DNA of 64,000 nucleotides from Magallana gigas (Eukaryota), in assembly GCF_963853765.1 (NCBI RefSeq), contig NC_088861.1, positions 37,820,001 to 37,884,000 of the forward strand, written 5' to 3'. Positions 33,091 to 46,085 of this stretch are shown in pieces. The stretch's first letter is position 1, and each line of letters opens with the position of its first letter. The translations under genes were made by a program, and so were the position numbers. The notes under the pieces are model-generated. The model saw only the letters and a list, made by a program, of their open reading frames with translations. It had not been told where the DNA came from and made no database searches.

Positions 33091-36000
33091 GTTTACACCG
33101 CGAAGAAGAGATCGGCAATAAATTGACAGACAGAATCTGTTTTTAAAAGATTCTAGAAATATTTATGCATTTGCTTTAGCTGGTTGGCTTGTTTCCAAAG
33201 TGAGCATCATTTGACATAATAAATATACAAGACGAACCCCGCGTAAGACTAGACGCCCGTCCAACACTATACTGAAGTTTCAGCAAAGCATCTAGTTCCA
33301 ATTGCTATGTCAAGCTATATATAATACAGAACCTATATAGCTAATAAAAAATACCACCCGCAGAATTTTGAGATTATTTCTTATGAAATGTGTGGGTGTC
33401 AATCACGTATAAAACCCCCATCAGGCGTTCAATTTTTGCTCCGATGATGCATGATAAGAAACGTTTAAAACCATTGAAATTTACTACATCATTTATTTTT
33501 AGCTAGAGAAAATCGTATTCATGCTGTTCATTAGTCTGATTGCTTAAATCACTGAAGCACTGGAATAAGCCAGTTTTGTGTTGATAATTGATGGATAAGA
33601 AATATCTTGAATTAATTTAAAAACAATTATGTTTATGTTAGAATTTCAGACAATGTCCAATGCACAGAAAAAATCGCTTTAAGAGATAATACATTAAAGT
33701 TTTAAAATTCATAGAATATACAACTATAGAATTGTAGTAAATTAGTTTTATAACTATTATGTAACATATATAAATCTGCACTCTGTATGGGGGGGGGGGG
33801 GCTATGAAAATAAATACCAAAGCATCGCAGTAAAAATGTGTTTTTTAAACAATAAAATACTTTAGGCCTATTTGAAATTGGTGATTCATAAGGGTATGAA
33901 AGAAGTGACGTTGCAGAAAAAAAATACGGAACCCGCATTGGTTCGTGATTGTTGCATGTATGTCGATGAAAGTTTCAATAAACTTAATATAACTAAATCT
34001 TGCAGACTTCAGCCCTGTCAGTTTAATTCTAAAAAAAATCGGTTTTTTCTTCAAAGATAGATAAGAAAATGGTCGATGGATGGAAGTAAAAAAGGTTACA
34101 TATTTTTTTATTTTGTTTTAATCGTTTCAGTTCCTATATAACCACGACGTGTAGGATTGATCTGTAACGGCCAAAATAGTCTTATACTAATATCTGATAG
34201 TCACCAAAAATACTATAGCCTGTCCCAAGTTATCGTTTCCGTCCCTTTTTGATATTTTTTTCCATTACTATTCGGCGGGTGTTTGATTTGTGATCTCAAG
34301 CCCAATGCATTGAACAACAACGTGCGTAAAATATAAAGAGCTTCGCTTAGTATGGTTCATTCAGTTCATATATGTAGCTTGTGGTTGGTCTGTCATATGT
34401 AATTTAATATTCAGACTGATTCTGTGATAATGTATAATTTTCTGCTTCCTGAAATCTTTGTTCAACTGGCGGTTGGACCTATAGAATCCAGTTTCTATAT
34501 TTGTACTTTTTACCATTTTATTGTTATAACAATACATGTATGATACCAGCCCTCCACTGCCAAAAATTACAATTTTTAGTTGCGTTAAACTGCTAAAAGA
34601 ACGGTCAAAGAGATCTATATTATTTGGAGAGAAAGGCGTTCGCGATTGCTTAAACATATGGTACATGTAAACGATCTGTGGGGTATTAATGTCAAATCGC
34701 GCTGTATATCATCTCATACATTGCTTTCTTCTTCATTTTCTAATACAACACTTCATCATTCCAAGCATCAGCTCTATGTATATATAAATATTTATCTGTT
34801 TAAAAAGGTATTCAAAAGAGTTATTAAAAACTTGAGGGTGTTTCTTATTTCATCAAATTAAACGAGAAAATTGTCATGAATTTATTGATAAAAAAAAACA
34901 AAACAATGCAAGACCATAAAAATATAAATTATAAACATATATAATAAGCTAATGAAAATATTTATACATTCATAAGAAATATAAATTAATTAAGAAATTC
35001 TAAAACTTATAAATAGCCAGGCAGTTACAAAAAAAATCAAATTTTTTGAAAATTTACCATTAAGTTAATAATGTTCTGAGGCACTCTATAAACTGCATAA
35101 AGAAAGGGTCTAATAAGCAATGGGCGATTAATTCATAATTACAATGTTTGACAAAAAATTTCATATTTTTTTTCACTATACAACTTAGCATATATTTTCC
35201 GTATCTATCTATAATATAGCCATTTCTCTGAACATTTTTTTTCTTGTGAAATTAAAGAAAATATACATGAAATTTTCATACGGTTAGCATTTGGTATGTT
35301 CTTGATTTGTGTATAAATACTTGAACAATTACTCCCCCCCCCCTCCATCCCACACACACACACTTCCTCCCTTTACTTTTGTAATAGTTTCATGTATCAG
35401 GATATTTTAAAAAATACCACCATATCTTACCATAAAAAGATTCCTATGTAAACAACAACAACATATTAAAACTCGAGTAATGTGTAAACATTTACATATA
35501 TACAACGTACACATCAAACTGATTATGACACAAATCTATAATTCGTTCAATGTACAAGTACATGTATAATGGAAAGAAAAACAATTCCCCGGCAGACTGA
35601 TGAATGCTCATTATTAAACGGTTATAAGAATACGTTCGGAATACATAAAATTTAAGTTTTTAATTTGACTTGATTTATTCATGTTTTTGTTTCTTTCAAT
35701 TTGATGCGCATCCATGTAACTTCACAAAAATGCGTGATCAGATAATATTAACCCCCCCCCCTCGATTACTGTCCAGAGTTCATAGCTCAGAGTAAAAACA
35801 ATAGAGTAATATGAGATATACAGCTCTGTATGTACACGGTAAATATTTAGTAAATAAAATATCATTAACTGTTCATAACTTTTTATGGAACAAATCTTTC
35901 TTTACGCGCGTTTTCGCAAATTCAGCTTTACTACCAGTAAACAGAAAATTCTCAATTTGAATCTTTTAAGTAAAACAGGTCACTTATCTTTAAGAAATTA

Positions 36001-37342
36001 GCATACGGTAATTGTTACGCGAAAAAAAGATGTGGCGGAATAAAAAGTAATTTACAGTATAACAGGTTATTTAAATGAACATTTAGGTATGTTATGAAAA
36101 TTATTATAAATAATTAAAATTCATTAAATTTACTTACCTTTCACAATTCCTTTCTTAATCAAGACAAATATATAACATGATTGGTTGTCATTGTTATACA
36201 TGCAGACATTATTCGTTAACTTGATGTATTTTGACCGATTTGTGTTGAATTGACAAAATCCTACAACAATCTAAGACTACAGCCTTAGTTCCAATCATTT
36301 ATCAGTGGCGTATTATTTACCATGTATTGACAATTGAAATTCGATCTCATGAACATTCTAAATTCTTTCTATCATGAAAGTATGTAAAGCCAAAATTTGC
36401 TTTATATTTTGCTATATCACATGTTATAATCTATATCTTTTTCTCATATCTTCAAAACTTGCATGAAGTAATTGTTATCATAAAAATGATACATGCTAAA
36501 TGTGTACTATTACAGAAGATTCAGATCTTTCAGTAAAAATATTTTATACTTCACTTTTTGCAATAAGAGACAATGTGCAGTATTGCCTTTGATCTTTAAA
36601 CATGCAACAGTCTTAAAATGTGTTCATAATTTGCAGTGATAAATTAACTGAATGGGATTTCAAACTCCCAGCAGTAAACCCCTCAGTGGTTTGTTCCAAT
36701 CCCATTGTGGGACATTGTGACCAACTCTCAGTTGAAGGTGTGAAAAAGGATTACTAGGTAATTTATGAATCCTAAAATATTCTATTGTTGTAGGTTCAAT
36801 TTGTTAGCAAATATATCACAAACAATGTTGATATCTTGACAAAGCAATTATCAAACATTACACAAGACAAAAACAAATACTAGTGACAGATAACAAACAT
36901 CAACAACAAAACAATTTCAAACATATCTTTAAACTAATAACAATTTGAAAAGAGAAAATAACAGTAAAACTCTCTTTATTGTGATATAAATTACACAATT
37001 CTGAGCTATGATGGATTACAGGTTTTTTTTACCAGTAAATTGTAACAGTTTTTGTATTAATTAGCAGGGTTAGCTACCAAATTGTCATGTGTCCTCGGAA
37101 TGTCATTCTGTAAGTCATAATTTGTGTGTCTGTCTGTCAACATGTCTATAAATAAGGATATAAGAAAAACATTACAATGGAAACTAAAAGCACCAAAAAG
37201 GTTAAATAACAACGAGAGACACTCCATTCAAAAGTTTATACATGGCAACTGTGTTTACAATCTTTTGTATAAACAGCAGGTAAAACAAATCTGGATTTTT
37301 AGGAAAAAAAATTATTAAAGAGTTGTCTATCCTTGCACATTT

Positions 37343-40300
37343 CTAATGCGCTGCCAGTTTGCAATCAGGAAAATTGCTGTCATGCTCCTGTTTGGGTTCG
37401 TCTCCAGGCTCCCATTCCTCTAGTAGATTCCCACAATACCAGCACTGTGTCGTGTCATTCTTACCTAATCGAAATATTATAAACAGCAACCTTTAATTAC
37501 ATGTAACATGTTATTTTGTATTGTGAGGAAAAAATATATAAACCAAATTTTATGTGACTACATGTATCACTGCCAATTTAAGGCCTATAAATTTAGCAAG
37601 AATTGTAAGATCATTAGACTTCAGAGATGTTTAATTAGTAAAGGAATTGTTTACACATTAATTATAAGGGACTGAACATTTAAAAGTATATATCTATAAT
37701 AGTATCTACATGATCTTTATAATGGTTTTTGTTTCCTCTCCGACTAAACTGTCACATTTTCATTGGTTTAAATACACATGTATTTACATGTGACTGCCTG
37801 ATATATTTCTGTGTATGGTTCAGGGTTGTCTCTAAGACCCAGGAGGTGGGGAATTCCCCCGCCTAAAGTGACGTAATTACCTGGCTATTATTGCATTTCA
37901 AACACAATCTAGCTATAAACTAGACCTTCAGATCCCCTTCTACTTTTTTATTTCTCCCTTCTACTTCAATTTTTAGAGACAACCCTGATGGTTGGTGAAA
38001 ATATATATTTAGAAATATGACCTACATTTTGCATACTTCTCAACTTTTGTCATTAATAAATACAGTAACCAAGTTCAATTTAAGTTCTTTTTATTTGGAG
38101 TAGTTGCCTCTAAAATGACTTTTAAAATTGGAGTACTTGTCATTTAAAAAGATGTCACTTAGCTGGGTCTGGAGCAGAAAAAAACATCAAAGTTTTCTCA
38201 AACCAAGGTGGGGAAGAGAAAACTTTTAGAATTAATTTTGCTACAAAAATTTGGAAAAGAACATGAACAAGGTTGGAACAAAGATTTTCAAATGCTTACT
38301 AAAAGGTGATACTTAAGGGAAAAATGAGAATTTTAAAAAGCTTGACTGGGTAAAATTAGATGAGATGTAATTAAGGCCTAGTCACTTTTACATGAATTTG
38401 CATATACATTGTACAATGTATCATCACTTCATGTGAATAAATGTCTCTCTTGATAATCCTTAGAAAAATATTAAACACTTAATATTATGTTTGTGACTGA
38501 CAGACGACAATAATATCTTGGGTTGATCAATCTCATAGATGCTCTGCTTTGCCCTGCCATCTATGAAATTGATCAACCCAATATATTTCCATAGTCAGTC
38601 ACTAACAAACCTAACAAGTACATGTAATAATATTTGTCCTGATTTTATTATAGACTTGCATACATGTAAAACAGTTAATGTAGCTAACTTTTACACAAGG
38701 AAGGAACTAAAATACAAGGAAATCTTGATTAAAAGGAAGCTATGTCTTAATCCATCCTTATCATAAAGAACTGAACATTTTCTACAAAAATTCCTTCAAC
38801 AAAAGTTTTGCAATTTACCTCATGATGAAGCTTTATGGAAATAAATATTTATAAAAGTTAGGGTTCTTAAAAAATACATTTGGAGAAGGCAAAAGGTGAC
38901 TAGTATGTATATTTCGAGAGGCCCGATACTGAATATATTTCCCTACACCCCTCTAGTGTCTTGATATCAATAAATTCATTCATGACAACACATAGGAAGT
39001 CATTCAAACATGCATGTTAATGGCAATCTGATATTATGAATGAAAATTGCACAGAAATCATTGGAATCAATGATTTTTGGGAGTTGATTAACTTGATTTT
39101 AATCAACTCTCCTACGCAGCTACTCTGGCAAATTGGAAGTGAAACAGTGTTTGGATCCAAGCACAAATCATCACTGCTGACAACACTTAGTACTTGCAGA
39201 TAATCGATAATATCAATGCAATGTATTGAGAGGCATTGTTTTTTTTAAAGAAAACTTATTTATAATAAAATAATTAGATTTTAAAAGATACAAACAATTA
39301 AGATATGTTTTGAAGTAGTATGTATTCCTATGTATACACCCTAGTTAAATAGTTTGCTGTCACTGATTACAAAAGCACCATTTCCAGTGTTTGGAATCAA
39401 GGGCAGACTTTATATCCAAATTAAAGATAGAACCAGTACTTGTGTAGACTTGACTTCTTATTTGTTTGTTAAAAAATTGCTATAATACAATTTTCAAGAC
39501 TGATATATTTCAATTACTTAATATAGTCATAATACACCATTGAGTTTGAACACTAAATATTACACAACATCGTTTAAATAGGTCCTAGGATTTTCAAGTT
39601 ATAACTTGGAATTCTAGTATGAAAAGCCAGGGAATTTATATTAGAAATAAATGCGCATAGCAATTCATTAACAGCTTAGAAACCGATAAATTAAACATCC
39701 ATGCTTTGAGAAAGTCAAACTGTTTAGAATCATGAACATAACAGTGCTTTTAATCATGTTTGTAAGAATATAACAGTCAAACCATGAGCCTATGATGAGT
39801 GTAGATGTGTGCCATGTTTATTGTAATATCAAAAATATGACCCCTTGACCCTGTTAAAATGTTTACACACACAGAAGAACTTTTCAGTTCTTCTGTAAAT
39901 TTACACAAACCCTATGTTAAATAAGGAAATTTGCTTGCAACTACAAATATCTATAAATCATGTGCATGTATGTAAATGTATTAAACATGTAGGCCTATAA
40001 TCATGATAATGCTGCTACTTACCAGTGTAGAACAGACCTGCCTTAGCTATGGCCTCTGGACTGGGTTTTTCGTCTTTAGTGTATTTCCAGTCACGGAAGG
40101 AATTCAACCGTAAAGTGAGCTCTTTCATCTGTGGGAGCCTTCCAATATCAGCCTTTAGCGAGTTGCTGATGAGGTCGGCTCGTGATAAACCTCCGTTCAT
40201 CATTGATCCGAAGTTTTTGCGGTCCAGCTGGTAGATATGCATACAGTCTCTAGAAAACCGACGATGTTCCGACATGATGTCATCTTCCTTTGTCCAGTTG

Positions 40301-40518
40301 TTTACTATGATCCCACAAAATACACATTGGACCTTATCATCTTGACCATCTCCAATGTAATGAAATCCATTTTGTGCTAGATCTTCTTTGCTTTTTACTG
40401 CATTTTTGGGATAATTCTTGAACGTATTCAATCTCTTTTTGATGTCCACTTGGAGGGGCTTGAATCGCTCTAGAGGGGATGTGGGAATGATGTCATAGTT
40501 TGATCTATCTGCTTCCAT
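37343..40518 (-). CDS. Inhibitor of apoptosis (IAP) with two BIR domains and no RING, about 205 aa; coding exons 40518(40602)-40023 and 37464-37343
   Basis: BIR1 RLNTF...GFHYIG...VQCVFC...W...DD...EHRRFSRDC. BIR2 RLNSF..W...AKAGLFYTG|KNDTTQCWYC...WEPGDEPKQEHDSNFPDC, then KLAAH*. Phase-1 GT-AG intron. The start codon may lie in an upstream exon. Confidence 0.88.
37821..37987. mobile_element. 167-bp MITE, TIR cagggttgtctctaa, 6-bp TSD ATGGTT (hAT-like)
   Basis: 15-bp perfect TIR; atggtt at 37815-37820 and 37988-37993. Confidence 0.8.
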
Positions 40519-43500
40519 AATGCACTCTTTTCTATTTCTTATTGCTCTGTATTGGTAGGTCCTATAAATTTGTTTAAATATCTGTTGCAAAATCCATGGA
40601 ACCTGTAAATCATTAATATAGAAATTTGAGTAAGACTCAGCATTTTAAAGGTACCCTATAAGAGATGAATTTCAATGAATATGGCTTAGCTCCCCCCCCC
40701 CCCCTTCTCCCCACCACTTCCACTTTTTTTGCAAGGTTATCCATAACCATAACCTAAGAACTTTGTTTAGAGATTTTTGATAAATCTATTTCCTCTGACT
40801 TTCAATTTGCTTCAGATACCACTGGAAAGAGAACTTTGTCCTTATTTAACAATTTGGAGTACCAACACCTATATGTATGGGGTGAGGTTTAGACATAGTA
40901 AATTTGTCTAACCCGCCAGAAAATACCCCGCCCCAACAAGGGCCCCAAATGTATTGTAGACACTCATTGCTTTTGGTGGGGTTTGAATGGCATACAAATC
41001 ACTCTACCGATGACAAGCTAAAGGCTAACCATCAAGCCAGATTTTATAGGAATTCCGTAACATGTACTTGATTTTACCACACATGTTCAAGAAGAAAATA
41101 GTAGAGTTGGTTATAACAATGGAAGTAAAAATAAAATTTTAAGGAATTACAGACTCATTTATACAAAAAACACTTACATTTAGATTGTGAACCTATCTTT
41201 TCTTAATTAAAGTGCACTGTACACCAACTGATGTTTATCAATACTAATTTAGAAAGATTTTGTTAGGAGTAAATATTATTCAAAATTTACATGCCCAATG
41301 TGTTATGATTAAAAAATTTAAAATATCGGACAAGCAATATTTGAACAATATTAATTATGAATTAATTGACATTTACCTGCAAGATTACATGTACCATAAA
41401 CTGGTTAAAGATTATCCTTAAATTATCCATGTTATCCGAGCATGAGTTTATATATTGTTCATGAATACATGTATCAATAAATGAAAATTATCATTAAAAA
41501 CTAATTGTCTTTAGTACTTCCCCACAATTATGAAACTTCCCAATGAAGCACAAGGAAAATGAAAATACATTTATATTGGATTCAATAAAAATGAAATGAC
41601 TTCCCCGACTATATCGTAAAACATTATAAATTCCATTTTCCAAATCATACCAGGCATGTAACATCGTTTTTGAAAGTGGGGGATGGGGTGTGGGTGGGGG
41701 CAGACTCATCCAAAAAATCTTATTAATATGAAGACAACAACAAAAAACACCCACAAAAAACCCACTTCCTTCCCGAAGTTAAAGAAATCCTAATCTGTGG
41801 GTAGGTGGGTTGGTTGGGGGGGGGGGGGAGAGGGGGGAGTAGCATAGTACATGTACCTTTAACTTCACTCTTGATTTCTCATGTTCCTTATTTTCATTTC
41901 AATTTTTATGTTCTCTCTCAAAACGGATTTTTTTTTTGGGGGGGGGGGGGGGTGCAACTCCCTGATAATTAATTTTTTATGTGTAAATTTTAGAAAAAAG
42001 TTTGCTGCAAGAAAAAGGTGGGGTGGGGGTGGCAGGGTCTCTCTTCTTGATAAACCCAGAGAATTATACTCTATACTAGGTCCCTATATTTACTAAAGAC
42101 CCTAACACTAAAAGTATTAAATTATAATCTTTTTAATTATGCCAACATTTCATTGATTAGTAAAACTTCATGACTTACTGAATATTTCATTCAATCTTCT
42201 TAAAATTCAATAGAAGGATTGCATGAATTTGTTTTGTAATCAATTAAAACTACATCATTTATTAGTGCAGTCCCAAAACAAAAATAATGAGTCCCTCTCA
42301 ATTCATTTTTCCTACAAAGCTCCAGTGGCAAATACACTCATAAAAACTTCTCAAATCAACAAGACCTTGGAAGAAATATTACAGACATTTTTCTAAGCAC
42401 TGTTACATGTAATACACACAATATAATAAAGAATTAAAGAATTTAAACATGTTTCATCATGTGCCTGAAACATTCTATGGGAAGGGTTTATAAAATTAAT
42501 TACTTCTCATTCGCCTCATATAAATTTTAATACATATCAATAAATTCCATGTACATGTAGTACTACAGTGAAATATAGAATAAACACAGAACCATTTTAA
42601 CAAGAGCATGGACTTTGGGTAGTTGTGTCAAACAGCAATGTGACATATAGGCCTGTCTATTTCATTGTCAGCCACAGCCCTCTGATATCAACAAGAATTG
42701 TTCGGCTTTTGAGCAAAGACTACGGTGCATGTTTTGCTTGAATCAGCGTCATTTTTAACTTGCTTTGACGCAAGAAATAGATAGCTATGTCCTACTGAAA
42801 GTCCAAGGTCTTGTTAAAAATTGTTCTATTTCATTTGCATTTCAATCAACATTTTATGGCTCAAATGTACTTGATAACGGAGGCTAGATGGTCAAACAAT
42901 TAACCATCAGATCTACCTTAAAAATTTAGATACAATTTGTTATGCTATAAGGAAAAAAGTATGTGCGAAAGAAAAAATCCATATATTTTACCTTAAAATT
43001 GGGTATTCTCCTATATTTTTATATAGCGCTCTTCTTTGAAAAGAGATCAATACAGTCTAAAAATGGTGAATACCATCGAGACCTCATTAGTATTAAAAGA
43101 CTTTGATTGTATAGTAGGTGTATGATATGTTTAATTAATTATTTTTAATACTGTTTTATTATTAATTGCTACATGTAATAAAGTCGTTCCTTTTATAATA
43201 CAATTTAATGTAATATAAGTATCATTAGTTTGAAATTAAAATACAAATTGATTTTTCTTTCACATATACATGTATTATATAGTATATACTGGTAATCAAA
43301 CTCATCATTGCATATTCCAAATGATAAGTAGCAGTTGTTTTAGTGGACCCATGTCCTCATGCAGTGCCCTATGTTATCATGAATCAATTATTTTAGTTAT
43401 TCATTCTTATTAAATGAAGAGATTCAGTCAATGAGTTTACATAATTTCGAAATATTTTTTGCAATCTTTAATATATTGAAGTAGGGAGTTTAAGTTGTAG

Positions 43501-43537
43501 GAGTTATCGTTCTTTGACTTTACTGATTATTATTCAA

Positions 43538-44209
43538 CAGGTCCAGTACAATCTCCAGATTTAGCTATATAGCTTGAAAAAGCTATATTGCTTTATAAAG
43601 CTATTCAAAATAGCTTAATAAAGCTATTTATATGCAGTTTTTGAAGAAAATATTAATTGTAAGAAATGGACGAGAAATCGCAATTAACTTGCTACTCATA
43701 TTTGCGCCACTGACCATTATAAACTTGACCCAAATGTAAGATAGTTTTAACACTGCAGCTTTTAAACACTTTTAAGCAAAATGTATATTTCCATTGTTTG
43801 GGTAACTGTTCACCATTTTGTGTGCAATGAAGCGTGGATAAGTATGATTTCTTCTCATTGTGATAAATTATTACCAATCAATTATCTTGTTTACCATAAC
43901 TGACCTCCTTTATATTTCATTCAAGAAGTAACTGTGTGGTCATGAATCAGTTGCCCCAAAACTTTTAGTGCAAAGTCTCTTAAGGAGATGCAAACTTATG
44001 AGTAATCTTTACATGCACTGTTTACAGAACAGTTCAAAGTTGAAAATTATCACTGCACTAAAGTGCGATTTTTTAAATTAACTGAAAAAATTACACATTT
44101 AAGAAAAATGTATGACAAAATAGCTAAATGAAGCTATTCTGAATAGCTTAATAAAGCTATTTAGCTTATTCAAGCTATATAGCTAAATCTGGAGATTGTA
44201 CTGGACCTG
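43538..44209. mobile_element. 672-bp MITE, 41-bp TIR, 5-bp TSD TTCAA, subterminal AAGCTA repeats (hAT-like)
   Basis: caggtccagtacaatctccagatttagctatatagcttgaa occurs inverted at the right end; ttcaa at 43533-43537 and 44210-44214. Confidence 0.85.
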
Positions 44210-46085
44210 TTCAACTCAAGTCTAAAGCTTCATTTCTTTGTTTTTTTGTAATAAGGCATTCTACTGAAAGATATAAATGTACAGTCTGATACATAACAAC
44301 ACTAATGCATTGGCAATTTCAATTCTAAAGATTTTATCGTTATTTAGGTAACGTTATAATTTTAAATGTCATATCAGCAATTCATGTCATTTCGGTATTT
44401 TGATGTACCGGGTGCTTAATCTACAAATCTATCATACAATGTACATGTATGTCAATCAAAAGTCACGAGGAGTACAATGTACACATCTATAGATAATGAA
44501 TAGGCATATTTTTGTGACAGAAAGGCTAAACCAGATTATTTTTTTTAATTAAGGCGGTGGTGTGTCAAAACGAAACAAGAAAACTATTCTCATACATGTA
44601 GTTAACATTGACTATACTTGGAATATTATTTTAATCAAGTAATACATAATAATTCAAAGATACTTACATTATCCTAAGTAATCAGACAGACAAAACAAAC
44701 CATCCTCACACAAAGACGACACAGTCGGGAAGGGGAAGGACATTGCGTAAACAAACTAAAAATAGATCCAGGTAATCCCGAACCCGATCTGTATAAATAG
44801 AAGGTATTTATGGAATTCGTACTCTAAAGAAATCGTACCCCGGCCTCATATGGGCGCGGTGGCATTTCTTTTGGCGAGCTCTTTAAGCATTTTATACGTA
44901 TATTAAATTTATCAACTTTGCAAGCCAGGTGTTGTGGAATAAATCATTGATAAAGAAAGATATGGTAAAGGCATAAAAAATCATTTATTGCCTATGAAAG
45001 TTAAAGTCAGGCGTAATTGCATGCACAGAAACACGAGAAATGAAACCCTTTCACAAATCACAGTACAACTCAGATTTCCTGAGACATCCATGATAAACAA
45101 ACATGTGTACACTACACAACGGTTGAACCAGGAAGGATTAATTATATATTAATTAACACACACACAAGCGACCTATAAATACGTATTTAGATTTTTATAG
45201 TAGAGTGAACATATATTTTGTTATGAAAAACAATGTACAACGTCAGATGTCAGTCGATCAGCTTAATTAATATTTACATGTATTCCATTAAATAATTCCT
45301 TCCATAAAAAAATGTTTACAACTTGAACTTTTCTTAAAATATATATGTTTGTTATTCCAAACAAAATGACAAAAAATCACATGCAAATGACTCAGAAAGT
45401 CTGTACGAAAAATCTAATTGTTGTTTTTTGCGGATCATCAAAAGTTTTAGGACCACAGTCGATGTTCGATGCTATAAATGTCATCTTCCTCTGCCCATGT
45501 GTTTATTCCGATCCCACAAAACACACACTGGATTACAATGTATAATTATCATCTTTTACACCCCATGTGTAATTAAAACCATTACATGCAGGACCTTCTT
45601 TACTTTATGCTGCACTTTTGGGATAATTCATGAAAGTCTCTAATGTCATTTTGAGGTTGTGCTGCCGGTGCTTGAAGCGCTCCCGCAACTTATCCACAAC
45701 TTATGGTTTAGGGTTTTTTTAGGTTCTTTGATCGCTTCTGTAGATTCTGTTAATCAATTATAAATGAAGTTAAATTTAATTATTACCAACATAATTAAAC
45801 TACCGTAGGTTTATATCATACAGAAAGGGCGATTATTGGTTTATTTGCACAGCGCGAAAATCTTTATAACCTGTATAAGTATAAATACATGTACATATAA
45901 GTATAAATACTTAAATCGTTGTTATGTACACACCGGGTTCAACTCAAATATATTAGGCAAAGGTTAAAAGTTTTGCAATCCATTTTAAAATTTAAAAAAG
46001 GTAAATGACAATCATTACGGTTTGGACTCTCTAAGCTGCAGGTCTGTTGCACTCGGTCTGAACAAAAAAAATGGGATGTACCTGT

